A stretch of 63,110 bases of DNA, counting the filler, from Octopus bimaculoides (lineage: Eukaryota): NCBI RefSeq assembly GCF_001194135.2. It is 6 parts of 3 records of this genome, joined end to end, with 100 filler letters (N's around TTAATTAATTAA, not from the genome) between each part and the next. Parts side by side here need not be neighbours in the genome. Positions count along the whole stretch, not along the records: positions 10,291 to 40,648 come from NC_068983.1; 5 more parts are not named here. One strand, given 5' to 3'. The position numbers and the translations under genes are program-made. The first letter of the stretch is position 1. Every line of letters begins with the position of its first letter. Positions 12,880-26,245 of the stretch are shown one piece after another. The notes below the pieces were generated by a model. The model did not search any database. It was given only the letters and a program-made list of their open reading frames with translations, and had not been told where the DNA came from.

Positions 12880-15100
12880 AGTGCAAGGTAAAGTTGATTT
12901 TGGAAGTCAGAGGTAGGTTGTCATTTTTAGTTTGGTTTATGATAAGATCTGTCCCAACCATACACATTAATGACTCATTAGAATTGTCCTCAAATATTAT
13001 GAAGAATGCATTATTTTTTTGGTTATTGGTCAAAAGATCATTATGATCTTGGAATAGATTAAGATGTTGTATTCTAGAAATATTAATCATGCTAAAACTG
13101 TTTAGTTTGAGTTTAATGAGGATAAATAAGGAATATTCTTGTTCCATTAGATGGAGACTAGTTGGAATGTAAGTAAGTTAAAGAATATTTGTGTAAAAGT
13201 TTGTTCCAGCTCAGTTTTATCTTAATATGTGATAGAGGTATAATGTATATGAAGCTCGGATGATGCATTACCCTACAGTAATGAGTTCAAACATTGTATT
13301 CTCCTCTGGACTAAACATAGCAGTCTTCTTGGTTCAGTCTACCTCATTTTGTGTGAGCTGTGGGCAATATACTAACACTTAAGCTTCGAAGATGGTTAGC
13401 AACTAATAATCCACAAGAAAAATCCTGGTCTTTGAAATGCAGTCTTAATTATAATGTAGATGCATGACCAGCACAGAATGTCATTAGATATTATAAGGTT
13501 AAGCATACTGAGTGACTTTAAATGCTTTCTCTGTGTGTAATACATGAGTAGGAAGAATGTAACAACTATGTTGAACAGGTGTATTGATGGTATATGTGTA
13601 GCAATACTCAGCAGGCAGCAGTAAGAATGTGTTACCATCATAGATTAACAAACATCCTACATTACCTTTGGTGTAATTTCACTTGGAAGAGCCTTAAAAG
13701 TGAGCTACTTTGGATAACATATGTTAGCAGATCAAATGTTAATCTGCAAAACTTGGAAACATTCATTATCAAGTATTGTTTTAAGGAAACATGTTTAAAA
13801 GTTCATATGATAACATTGTAATTTTTTATTAACTGGTTAGAAGAGGTGGTGTCTTGATGACCTTTGTAGGCTCTTGAAGTCTCAAGATATTGGGTTGTTA
13901 GATGTTCAGTTTGTACTTCTGAAGATGGATGTTTGTAGGAAACATTAGAGACAGGTGTATCAAGGGGATTGGAACAAAAGTTTTAGGCAGCTTGCTAATT
14001 CAGTGGAGCAGAAGCTGTTATAGTAGCATTAGAAGAGATATAAGGAAGAAACATCTTATCTGCAAGTCAATTGTTGTAGAATGCTGATCTGTAAATCTTT
14101 TCCAGTCAAACTGCATGGCTTCTTTTTGGATGCAGTATTGGATGATTATACATGTAGCAGCTGCACCATTCTATGTATAAAAGCAGTCACTACTCTAATG
14201 TAAGTTACATTTAAACTTTGCAAAGGATCAACTCTAAAGTGTTTTATATTTTATAGTTTTGAGATATAGTTTTGGCAAGGTCATTATGAGCACTATATTG
14301 GAAATAATGTGCCTAGCATTTCAATTGCCTTTGAGAATTTTATTGTTTTTTATGAATAGGAAGAATATAGTGCAAGGCTGTTTGTTCAATGAATGTTGTG
14401 ACTGTTAAAGGATGTTAGGTTCTCACATCTCTATTGGTGACTATTTCTAAGGCATCTGTGCATGACAACACTACAAGTTTAGTTTGGATGATGCCTGTCT
14501 GTGGAAGGTTAAGGACGAGAAAGGGTAGAATAATTTGTGTTGGAGTGTGAATGGTTAGATGCACCAGCATACAGGCCATTAAGGCACAGAAGCAAGAGCA
14601 TGGAAATATAAACCAAACTAAAGTTGATAGAGTGGAGATTGAAGATAGCTCTATTAGTATACACTGCAATTGAAAAGTATGACTGAAATTTTCTAATCCA
14701 AGAGATAGAGACAAATGAAATTCCACAAAAAGATGATTTTATTAGTGGGAATGTCTTTTATAGTTTTATCTTCATTGTGGCGAGATAGGAGGATTCCTAT
14801 AGTAAAGACATGAAGATTCAGCTGTAACTTGGGAGATGAAAGGGCTTACTGGTCATGCAGTTTACAAAAGTATTCTTTACTTTCCTAATAGTTATCTTGT
14901 AGGTATTTCAGTGTTTGGTGAACGCATTTCAGTTAAGGAAGTTGAAAGACTTACTTTAGGTATTGTCTTTTGTTGGTACAACTGCATTGCAGCTGTACTC
15001 CATAAACCACCACACTGAAATGAATGTTAGATATCACTTTTTGATATGACAACTGTATGATATTTGGGATAAATGTATTTTTCATATTATATACTAAATC
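12880..15100 (-). pseudogene. highly degenerate L2/CR1-like LINE ORF2 (endonuclease to RT)
   Basis: remnants LYYRNPP (YRPP-like), VHLTIHTPT, FLKTILDNECFQ (KKPSLD-like), QRKHLKSLSMLNLIISNDIL (YRKHHSTETAL..NDIL-like); many stops. Confidence 0.5.
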
Positions 15101-15509
15101 AATACTTTATTTTGCATTGTCTTGCATGTGCAAAGAATCATTGTGTTTATAGTCAATGATTCAATATAGATCTAATATCTCAACTGTATCATCCCTGGAA
15201 AGAACCTTATAATATCAATTTATTGACAATAGCATAAGCCTTTGTAGATGAGAAACTCTCGTCTTTGAAATGCAATCTTGTTTATTGTTTTAGATATGTA
15301 CTATTCTGAAAGGTCGTCAGGTAGTGTGAGGTCAAGCATCTGGTTTGGATTTGGATACTTTATTTGTGATTTACATTAGAAGGCAGAGTGTAGCAACTGA
15401 GGCATGTGTGAACAGGTGGTATATAAATTTGGTTAGATTTTTCAGCTCTAGAATCTCTTATATTCTTTACAATAACTGATGGTACATGGTCATTATTGAC
15501 TGAAATACA

Positions 15510-15722
15510 GCTGGAAGCTGGCAGAATCATTAGCATGCCTGGCAAAATGTTTAGCAGCATTTCGTTTGTCTTAACATTCTGAGTTCAAATTCTGCTCAGG
15601 TCAACTTTGCCTTTCATTTTTCAGGGTTGATAAAATAAGAACCAGTTGAATACTGGGTTCAATGTAATTGACTATCACCCTCCCCCAAATTTGCTGGCCT
15701 TGTGACAAAATTTGAAACCATT
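15510..15722 (+). mobile_element. SINE family A (CpG-decayed)
   Basis: family A head and body motifs. Confidence 0.8.
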
Positions 15723-15789
15723 ATTGACTGGAATATTTATAGAATATATGTCTTGTTTTAATTAGGCTAATGGTTAAGACTTGTTTATA

Positions 15790-16150
15790 CTTCATCGTTA
15801 TCTTATTTGCTTCAGTCATTGGACTGTAGCCACGCAAGGACACCACCTTGAAAGGTTTAGTAAAAAATATTGATCCTAGTACTTATTTTTAAATCCTGGG
15901 ACTTATTCTGGAACTTTGCTGAACTGTTAAGTTACAGGAATATTAAAAAAGCCAACATTGATTTCAAGTGGTGATAGGACACACACACACACACACATGC
16001 TTCTTTCTATTTCTGCCTAATAAATCCAATCAGAAGGCTTTGGTTAGCCTGGGACTTTAATAGAAGACATCTGCCCAAGGTGTCACACAGTGAGGACTGA
16101 ACCCAGAACCATGTGGTTGGGAAGCCAACTTCTTACCACACAGCCACACC
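15790..16150 (-). mobile_element. SINE family B
   Basis: reverse complement of family B with internal (CA)n. Confidence 0.75.
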
Positions 16151-16574
16151 TATTTTTATTATATCTTGTTTGACTAGGTTCTGTTATTATTATCGTTGTT
16201 TAGCTGCAAGAGAACCCTAACTATGCAGATCTATTATCAAAAGATCTTGCAACCATGACCATACCGTCATAATATGAATACTGTAGTTTTAACATAAGGG
16301 ATCCATCACAGTAGGGGAAGTAATTCAGAGTAAGAAGCTAATAATAGTTGTGGCAGTGGCAAAGGCTCCTGTGACAGTGATGATGATGGTAAATGGAGTG
16401 AGGGGAAAGAGAAAGAGAAGTGGTGATGCTTATTTGTTGTTATAATGGTTGTCTTGGTTACTGGTGATGGCAGTGTTGCTCTCACTTCCATGCCATGACT
16501 ACTAGCATATCTTTTATTTTTTACTTTCTCCATGAGGCAGTGACAAGCGACAGAGACTTTTGGTGTTTTGCAGT

Positions 16575-16880
16575 GCTTGAGAAGACGTCACATTAAGTGA
16601 AATCATAGTCATGGCCAGTGCCAGTCGCATGTATGAGGCACTCGTGCCAGTGACATGTAAAAGGTACCTGTGCCAGTGACTTGCAAAAGGCATCTGTGCC
16701 AGTGACACATTAAAAGCATCTGCGTTGGTGACACTCTGCGGAGTGGTTGGCATTAGGAAGGGCATCCAGTCATAAAATCCAAACCAAAATAGACTGGAAC
16801 TTGATGCAGTTTTCTGGCTTACCAGTTCCAGTCAAATCTTCTAACTCATAGAAAATGGATATTAAATGATGGTGATATGA
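16575..16880 (+). repeat. LINE-associated interspersed repeat with internal ~24-bp tandem units
   Basis: 3-4 copies of GTGCCAGTGAC..AAAAGG(C/T)A followed by GGTTGGCATTAGGAAGGGCATCCAG; related pieces near 19850, 21460, 27880 and 57900. Confidence 0.6.
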
Positions 16881-17511
16881 TAATGATTCATCAAGATGTC
16901 TCATTTTTTTGAGTATTATTTGAAATAAACACTTAAATATGTATATTACGTCACAGATTTTGAGTTTAATAACTACATTTAAATATAAGAATTTTCTTCA
17001 CCTCTAGCATATTCATATTTTTATTATGGAACAGAAACTAGTTAAAGTTTATAAAATGACTTAAAATGAATTCATAAAGATTTAATTTTATTTTTGTTGT
17101 ATACTGTTAAATAACTGAAAAAATTAGTTGATACTCAAATAAAGAAATGTGAACTATACATATATCTCTAGATTTTGTAATGATTGCAGAATGAACATGA
17201 ATAATTCATGTTTTCCATCATGGTAGTGGTGATGGTTGTGATAGTACTAAAGAAACAATGATGAAAAATTTAGTACTTTTTTATATTAAACTAAAATTTA
17301 TATTTTTAAAACATCATCTGTGATATAGCATATATCAAGACTAAACCTGGACATTCTCTTCATAAATTTCAACATGAAAAAAGTGTTTGTTACATTTTGT
17401 AGCATTATTATTTTCAGTGATACTATTGCTCTGGCAAATGTTATACCAACGCTATACCAAAAGAGCAATCCATATCCAATAGCCAAGATCCTTTGGGCCA
17501 TTCCTTGCTCT

Positions 17512-17885
17512 TCAACTTTCTAACACCCTCCTAAGAATCCTAACAAGGCTGTTTTCTGCAACAGCCCCATTCTGATGGTAATTCCTAGCCTCTCAAGCTA
17601 TGCATCCAACCGTTTCCTAACAGCTCTCAGTGCACCAACCACAATCGGTACCACTTCTAAGTGCCTGATTCTACATACTTGCCTGATTTCCCACTTCAGC
17701 TCCTGATATTTCTCCAGTTTCTCATTCTCCTCATTCACCCTGTGGTCCCATGGTGAAGCAATATCCACAATAATTACTTTGTCCTTCTTCTTTTCTAGGA
17801 ACATAATGTCAGGTTTTCTAGTCACAATAAAATGGTTATACTTGATGGTTATGTCCCACAACATTTTATATCCTCTTCCTTCTCC
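17512..17885 (-). pseudogene. 3' fragment of an R4/Dong-like non-LTR retrotransposon (restriction-like endonuclease)
   Basis: LWDITI..RKPDIMFLEK..IIVDIASPWD..EKLEKYQEL..VPIVVGALRAV, then LGITIRMGLLQKTALLG..RVLES*; PD..D plus KxxKY RLE signature. Confidence 0.85.
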
Positions 17886-17889
17886 TTGA

Positions 17890-18420
17890 GTAGCGCATGC
17901 CACTATAGTGACAATGGGGTGCAAATATACAAAGCCTAATATACCCATCATGACTACCCATCTGATAAGGGTACACCAAGCACATGCATCACAACTATAT
18001 GTTTGTGTCATGGTGATCTCATATCGAGATAAACAGTGCATGACCTTGCAGGTGGAGCTCAGGTAGAAATTTCTTCATCCTGCTCTAAAGGTCCCTGAAT
18101 AAGGGTTGTTTAAGGATGGTGAATGAAACACCCATGTTTCCAGAGTTGAATTATTCAAACTCAAAAGAATTCCTCTCAACACATGGCTATGATGTTCCCC
18201 CACTACTCCTGCTTTGTAATCAGAGATGCACAAATCGTCAACCACAAAGGGACATGCTCAATTGTTTAAGCAACTGACAAGCAAACCTGTGGTATTGGGC
18301 AGTGCATTTGCTGTAGCCCATCTTTTATACCTAGATAAATCATGTAAATGATAGCACTTCCAATCAGTTAAGATCAGAAGCCATAAAAGCCACTGTCTGG
18401 TACTGCATCAAGGCATACTT
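17890..18420 (-). repeat. interspersed repeat family F
   Basis: ATACCCATCATGACTACCC..GTCCCTGAATAAGGGTTGTTTAAGGATG shared with 56690-57004. Confidence 0.75.
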
Positions 18421-18549
18421 TCATCCTTTCAGGATCGATAAAATAAATACCAGTTGAACAATGGGATTGATGTAATCAACTTAGCCTTTTTCCTGAAACT
18501 GCTGGCCTGGTGCCAAAATTTGAAACCATCATCATTATTATTGTTACTA

Positions 18550-18760
18550 GGTCAGCTAGCAGAATTGTTAGCACACTGGGCAAAATGCTTAGCGGTATTT
18601 TATCTGTCTTTATGTTCTGAGTTCAAATGCTACTGAAGTCGACTTTGCTTTTCATCTTTTCAGGGTCTATAAAAATAAGTTCCAGTCAAGTACTGGAGTT
18701 GATGTAATTGACTAGCTCCCTCCCACCAAAATTCAGGCCTTGTGCCTATAGAAGAAAGGA
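18550..18760 (+). mobile_element. SINE family A
   Basis: family A motifs. Confidence 0.8.
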
Positions 18761-19403
18761 TTATTTATTATTGCTGATAGTGGCTGTCATGGTATCATTT
18801 GTCCCTTTGTTGTTACAGTAATGGTGTTGGCCACTGATGGTGGTAGCAGTTATTTGTTTGTTGTTGGTAGTCATGATAATGATAGAAGCAGTGATAGCAA
18901 TGTTCTCTCCTTTGTGTTTCTTTTTCTTTTTACTATTTGTTATAGTGATTTTATAGTTATGAATAAATCATATTTCCCATGGAATTTTCTGAAGTCCAGC
19001 AAGTCTTCTTTAAGAAGTTAAAATGTGTTTCAGGGGAAATTTGGATGTTTTTTCCTTTTTCCTTCCTTTTTTCTGTTCTTGTACTACAAGTTGAGCAATC
19101 ACATAAAGGCAGGCTCCATCAGACTTTATTTTACTGATGGAAATATCTTGTGGTTCAGTTATTAATACCACTGTTTCAGTAGTATATGCCAACAATAGAT
19201 GCAGTTATGTCATCGCTGTATACCATATTTTTATGCCATATCCCTATGGAAGCAGTATCTGCCATTAAAATACAGTCTATTACAATACTTTACATAAGAT
19301 ATCTTTCCTTATTTCATTGTTAAATAGGAAAGTTATATAAGAAAATTGATTCAATGAAACAGACCAATCTTTATTTTCAGATCTGTTTTTTTTTTCTATT
19401 TAG

Positions 19404-19447
19404 CTGTCTCTTTATTCATGTTTTTTAACAATGCTTGCTCTGTTCTG
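19404..19447 (+). CDS. candidate small exon
   Basis: TTTTTTTTTTCTATTTAG acceptor and CTG|GTAAGA donor; open frames xVSLFMFFNNACSVL or LSLYSCFLTMLALF; no homology recognised. Confidence 0.25.
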
Positions 19448-21829
19448 GTAAGATAATCTGTCTGATGTTGTCACAAGCAGCCATATGTATGTATGAGAGC
19501 AAAAGAAGAAAAAAAAGACAGAGAATGTATGGTAGCATGTTAACCACAAATCTGCACAATCTCTAGCTGAATTACATTATAACAATAATGGAATCTTATA
19601 GAGAAAACATCTGTGATGCTTATCCAGTTAGTTTTTCACATATCATTTATTGAAGTGACATGAACAAATTACTCCAGCTATTTTTTTCTATTTCAAGCTA
19701 ACCTAAACAAGAAAGAGTTTTTTTAAAATCAAATGTCCAAAGCAACTTAGATAATTTCATTCACTAGCTTCTTAGGTCTATGCTAAATTGGAATTAGCAG
19801 AATTTTGGGGGATGGCAAAATTCTGTTGTTTCATAATACGAAACTGGATCATCATCATCATCATCATCATCACATGTCCGTTTTCCATGCTGGCATGGAT
19901 TGCATGGTTTAATAGTAGTTGGCAAACCAGAAGACTACACCAAGCTTCACAATATAGCAGTTATGATTTCATTCTGCCAACACATATTTAAAGCACATAA
20001 TTTGATGATACTTTTTAGTTTTAATTTCATTTAGTCTGCTTCAGTGGACTTGTCTGAGGAAGCAGAGTATGAAAGTAAATGCATTGTAGTACTTCATTCA
20101 GGGTTCATATAGTAAGTACCAGTTACATATTGCATCTGTTCAACCAACTATAATCTTTTTCATCCATTGATTGGCCTTTTGTTTCATAAAGATTATGATT
20201 CTATGTTTGGTCAGTAGATGCTAGACTATTATGGGATATTTCTTAAGGGCTGACGAATAACTTTGTCTTTTGGCTTTAGCAGTAATGGTAAATCAATATT
20301 TTTCTAAAGACTTTTTACAATAACTAATCAACTTCTAGCCCTAACATTTTAGATTAAGAGTCAGTATTGGAGGTCAAGTTACAAAAAGTAAAACATAAAT
20401 GTTGATCTTAGGTCTAACCTTTGATTCTTGTCTTTACCTTTACTATCTAGAACCAATGTTCTAACCAAATGTTATGACTTCCATTAGTGACATCAATAGT
20501 TTCTTTGCCTAGTTTATCAATATGGTGTCTAGTAATTTGTAGACATTTAATGCTGACATAAAACAAGAAATCTATCAATAAATTCTGAAAATATATCAGT
20601 CAGTTCCATTTATTTATTATTGTCCTTGAATCAAACTTACTTTATTTCCATTTTCTGGCCAAGAAGCTATGTCAGTTAATTGACACAAAAGTCACTAATT
20701 TTTACTAGATTACTGAAGATAGACAATGTCAGGTTACATAAGTGTTTGTTTAGAAATCTCATCGAAATATAATATTCTTGTCCTTTAAGGTCATGTATGT
20801 TCTGAGTAGATTAGTTGCTTATTCATTAGTTTTTCAAGATAGGATTGAATCATCATTTTTGTACCTTTGTTAAAGAAAAATGAGAAAAATAAATAAAGTT
20901 CAAACTAGAAAAAAACATACTCATTAATGAAGGTTGACACAGAATGAGCTGAGTGGAGAGTGATCCAGAACAAATAAAATTCTCATCAGAAAACCAAGAT
21001 GAAACATAGGTGAGTTAATGAATATATTCTCACTTTGCAACTAACAATTTTTATTCAGTCATTATTAAACCAACCAATCAGCTAAATCATAACTGGGGCT
21101 AAGGAGAAAGGTTAAAAAAGTAAAACGTGGCATTTTATGATATTAAATTAGACCTTTGATTGAACCCAATCAACCATATTTTGATTGATTTCATCTTGAT
21201 CAATAATTGGCTTAGATGCTTAAAAGACCTGTTTTAGTTTGTTCTACTTTTTTACCTCTGATACTTATAATTCATTTTACATGTCCTTCTGCAATATTAT
21301 TATACCAACATCTTTATCATTATTTTAGTATGTCCACTTGATTGTAATGCCGGAAAATTTGGGATAGTTATGGAAAACTGAATGGAAGGAACTATGTTAT
21401 CAAAAGTTCTTTTCAATTATTTCATTTAAAGGAATTTAGACGTTTTTTTAAGAATTCATCATTATCATCATTTAATATCCATTTTCCAAGGTAGCATAGG
21501 TTGGACGGTTTGACTGGATCTGATGGAGATCAAGAACTGCATTATGCTCCAGTGTCTGTTCTGGCATAGTTTCTACTTTATAGCATGTACTGGGTGCTTT
21601 TTCACATCAACCAGCACTTATAAGGTTGACATGCACCCTCGAGGAGGGAAGATAACTTTATACTAGGAAAATAAGGAATAGAGAGGGATAAAGAATGAGG
21701 GAAAAAGACCAGAGTAAAACCAGTTTCTTACTCTAGAGGAATTATATGACAACTCACATTTTCTTTATTCTAATTTTTAGAAGTGTAGCTTGCTAGCAAT
21801 ACTGACAATTAGCAATCACAAAACTACTG

Positions 21830-22524
21830 CTGCAAAATTGGAAATAAAAATTGAGATGCTATACATTAGGCTACACTTTTTTGAATGGGCAGAGAAGAGG
21901 CATAGGTAGAGGTAGTATGTAGCCTGCTATCTGCTAATTCAGAGGAACAAAACCCATTATAATAGTGGCAGAAGTGACAGCATGAAGAAACAACAAATAT
22001 AACATAGTATATTGATGAGTTAGTCTTTTCACAACTGCTGAATTGCCATTTTGGATGAAGTCTAGACTGTTCCTATGTAGTTAAGTTAGAGTATTACTCC
22101 CAGATATGGAAGTAATATGGACCATACTTGTGATTTTTATAGGATCCGTATCTGATCAGAACTGAAATATTTTCTTGCTCTGAAAGGAACTCTAGTTTTT
22201 TGGGTGCAGAGTGAATAATTTAATAGATCACCTTCTATGGTATTCACAAATGAAGATCATCTGAGATTGAGACACCTCACATATGTTGTGATTTTTTAGA
22301 GTTTGGGGTTGTGTGTCATTCATATAATGGGGAAGTATGATGAGTTGTGATTGATACTCTTGAAAGAAACCTGACTGTCATGTTTCTGTATAAGGATGTT
22401 TACAAGCTGTCTTTGATAGAAGCTGTGCAAGGCTAGTATGATGTGATTAAGTTTTTTTTGTAGATGACACTTGTATGCAAATGTTAGATTAAAACAGTAT
22501 TATTTACATGTGTATGTGTGTGTG

Positions 22525-22586
<62 letters not shown>

Positions 22587-23100
22587 AAAGACATTATTAA
22601 AAACAATAAAGAGAATGGGAGATATAAGTGAACCAGGAGGTACACTATAAGTTACAAAGTGTGGGACAGAGAGAACTTTATTGGCACATACTCTGATGGA
22701 ATGGTCTGACAAAAAGCTTTACATCCAAGATATTAGAGATTAATGGAGCTGAGAGTCATGCAACTAATGCAAAGGGTTTTTGTACTGGTCATAGTCTAAT
22801 GCTTTGCTGATATCAAGAGCAATAACATTAGTTTCAAGGAATTCTCTAGAGTAAGGGAACACTGACAAATAATGTAGAAGAACAAGTCCACAGAAACTGT
22901 ACCAGTCACCTGTACAGTTCTATAGAGTTATTGCTATCAGAAACCTGTCATTTTATATCAGTGCATTCGTTAATGACCAAGCAGCAAAGATGAAACAGTG
23001 AATTTATGTTGATACCATACCAAGTAAAAAACATCGAAATATTCTTTATATTTTGCTTTAGGTGCACCTTGAGTTTGACATCTTAAACTACCTGGCTACC
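21830..23100 (-). pseudogene. degenerate CR1/Jockey-like LINE reverse transcriptase
   Basis: VIALDISKALD, SVPPGSLISPILFIVFNN (GVPQGS-like), KSQVWSILLPYLG (LYKAQIRP-like); interrupted by (TG)n at about 22511-22584. Confidence 0.8.
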
Positions 23101-23749
23101 AAGGACCTTAATTGCAATTTCTTAGCCTGTCAGTATTTCTGGCCAAATCTCCTTCAAAGTTCATCCTATTATCTTTAATGTTGTTAAATATCCTGGATAA
23201 ATTAGTTCTGGATATAATATGCTAGAAAAGAAAACAGAATAATCATGCCCTGAATGCTTATTGATCATTGAAAATTCAACAAATGTCAAAAAAAAAAACA
23301 CAGTCAAACACTGCATGTGGATGAAATCTGATGGTGACAACCATGCATGAATCCTCAAGTCACTTTACTGTCTTAAGAATGCAAAAGATACATTGGATAC
23401 TCTTGTTATAGATAATCTCTAGAAGGACATGATGGTTAGGCTGAAATGCCTTTGATCAGAGGTTTGCTTGAACAGAGTTGATCTGGATTTAAACAGCAAT
23501 AACATCAATGACAAGTAAAACTTGACATCAAATAACTAAACATAGAAATAAAGAAAAGCAGAAAACTGGCAAATATCTATATCTGACATAAAATAGAAAA
23601 TAATTAGCCACAACAACAACAGCCCAATTGCTCCCACTGCCATAAAAACTTCTTCCTACAACATACTTGCACTTATACCCACAATAAGCAAACATTCTTA
23701 TTAGACTTTTCTATGGGAGTGACTGACAAAGAGAATAAGAAGGCAAAGA

Positions 23750-24780
23750 GAAAAATATACACCTTTCACTTTCACCATGAATTTGACCACGTCCTTCTGC
23801 TAGACACCCAAGGTGCAATAGGAAAATTCAAAAGTTCAAAAGATTCAGAGCCTGACAGAAACACAATTGCATCTACAACATGGCAGACATCAACACTGCT
23901 AAGTCCCTAGAATGGAAATTGAGTTAACTCCTTAGAATTCTAAAACCCATGTGAAGTAGCATCACGCAAACACATCACTCTTCTATGTGCACACTCAAAC
24001 ATTTATGAAACATCTTTGATATCACTAACCCAAGTAGTCTCCTCTCTGATTCATCGCATGGATTTAGACCATTGTACTCAACCAACATGAACCTCACACA
24101 GAAAGTGTATGTTAGTTCCAAAATAATAAAAAAAAGTCCACATGCATCATTTAAAATATAACCAAGATCATCAAAACTTGCCACTTTTTTTTTTCTGCTA
24201 CCCACTTATATATCAAAGATTCAAGACCTTCAGAAACAAAATGCCAACTATCTCTCAGGTCAATAAGCTTATAAACCGTACAAAAGCAATGTATCCAGAA
24301 TTAACAAATTCCCCAAAATTGCACTAAAAGGATTCATACCCTCACCCAGTCTTTTTAATCAGCACTTATACAACCTCCCCACAGTACTTGAATGCATACA
24401 TGTAATGTCAGAAGCAGATGACATCTCAGACATATCCTCCCACCATTCTACAAATATAGCTGCACAAATATTCCAAACCTGCATCACTTACCTAAAACCT
24501 GCCTTTAAAACAACAAATTCAGTAGCACAACAACTGATGTAATGTAGCATCTACCAAATCTACTTTTCTTACCAGCAACACCAGAAAATATCAGATACAA
24601 CCACTCACTCAGATAATGATAACAGACATACCACACACAAATACACACACTCACACATGCAAAGAAACCAAAGATAATAGGTGTTGCATAAAACACCTCC
24701 ACAACATTCATAGTACACATAGAAGATATAGTGAAGAACGAGAAGACAATGCACAAACATAGAGCATTCATAGTTACAAC
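23750..24780 (+). pseudogene. degenerate LINE reverse transcriptase (I/Jockey/CR1 group)
   Basis: KFKSSKDSEPD, SHGFRPLYST, PSPSLFN, MSEADDIS (YADD-like), KPKIIGV. Confidence 0.8.
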
Positions 24781-25332
24781 ATTTCAGCAACAAGAAAAGT
24801 GTGTGTGTGTGTGCAATGCTCTAGTTCATATTAAGCTCATCTCATACATGACTTACACCACCAGCCTCAAATACTTTTAGCTCACTTGTAATGAAACAAT
24901 TCAAATTTACTTTTCTATCAGAACACTATTATCTCTAGAACCCCTGACTAAATGCTCTCCAGTATTAGTTCTCAAACCTATTTTACACTACCTTAAATCG
25001 ATGTTGAATATATGAGCCAAAACCTTAATATGAAAGGTTATCTAATCATAAATAGTGAGTCTTATCAGTCTTTCAAAACCAAAAGATTTTCATATTTATA
25101 ATTTTTTGACTCGGTTTTATATCAAGTTATATTCAAATGTGAAATATTGTAATCAGTCTTTTATCCAAAATTTACAGTAAATCTACTCATGGCATCTAGA
25201 TTGTGGACCTTGATACTCTCTTGATATGAAAGAATTTTTATATGTCTAGCTTTTTGGCATTGTCTCACAATATCCTTGGCAAAGACACTTAACTTTAAGT
25301 GGTTCATCTAACTATAAATAGGGACCTTGAGG

Positions 25333-25498
25333 CAGGGCCAGCTCAAGGTATCAGCAACTCAGGCAGTTGCCCAAGGTGCCATATGCTAGGGGGCGTCAAG
25401 ATGGGCATGACAAAGACAAGGAAATTTCCATGACCATCAGTTTGTACACGCTGAAGTTCAGCTTGCCTGGGACGCCAGTTACCCTAGGGCTGACCCTG
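25333..25498. mobile_element. hAT-type MITE with perfect 8-bp TSD
   Basis: TIRs CAGGGCCAGCTC / GGGCTGACCCTG; flanked on both sides by CCTTGAGG (25325-25332 and 25499-25506). Confidence 0.9.
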
Positions 25499-25574
25499 CC
25501 TTGAGGAGGTATAGATTACCACTTCAAGCAGAAAGAGCACTCTTTAATTGACTACTGTTTTTATTATTTTGCAG

Positions 25575-25775
25575 TACTCAAGGCAATGAGCTGACAAAAT
25601 GCTTAGTGGCATCTCTTCCCACTCCTTACATGGTAACCTCAAATCCCACCGAGGCCAAATTTGTATTTTGTCTTTTTTTTAGTCTATAAAATAAAGTACC
25701 AGTCAAGTACTGGGATTGGTGCGATTGACTTGTTTCCCCACTCCTCATTATTGCTGGTCTTGTGCCAGAATTAGT
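25575..25775 (+). mobile_element. SINE family A (degenerate)
   Basis: family A motifs. Confidence 0.65.
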
Positions 25776-26044
25776 CATAGCAGGAGCTGAAGCTCTTGCA
25801 ATAACTCTAGTTAGAGATAGATGGATTATACCCTCTGATTTACCTGAGATATATGAAAATAAAAACTTCAGGGTTAATTCACTGACTCAATAGGTCTGGG
25901 ACATTGTATAGAATTATTAGTAAGGAGAATGTTAGAAGAGACAAGAACCAGCAGTTGATAATGACTGATTATCCCTTGGTAAAAGAAATCTGTGTAAAAG
26001 ACAAATATTTCATATTGTTCATTTTATTTAACACACATTAAGAG

Positions 26045-26245
26045 CATTGGCAAAATTGTTAAAGTGTCAAACAAAACACCTTGCAGAATTTCTTCTGGCT
26101 CTTAACATTCTGAATTCAAATCTCACTGAGGTCAACTTTGCCTCTCATCCTTATTTTGGGCGAGAGGAGGGGGTCAATAAACTGAAGTACCAATTAACTA
26201 CTGAGCTATCAATTAACCCCTCCCACTCCCAGTTTCAGGTGTTGT
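26045..26245 (+). mobile_element. SINE family A (degenerate)
   Basis: family A motifs. Confidence 0.65.

Noticed and set aside
13915-13950. CTGAAGA..GAAAC hammerhead-like spacing on the plus strand
   Set aside because: No stem II or stem I pairing; it lies within a decayed LINE.
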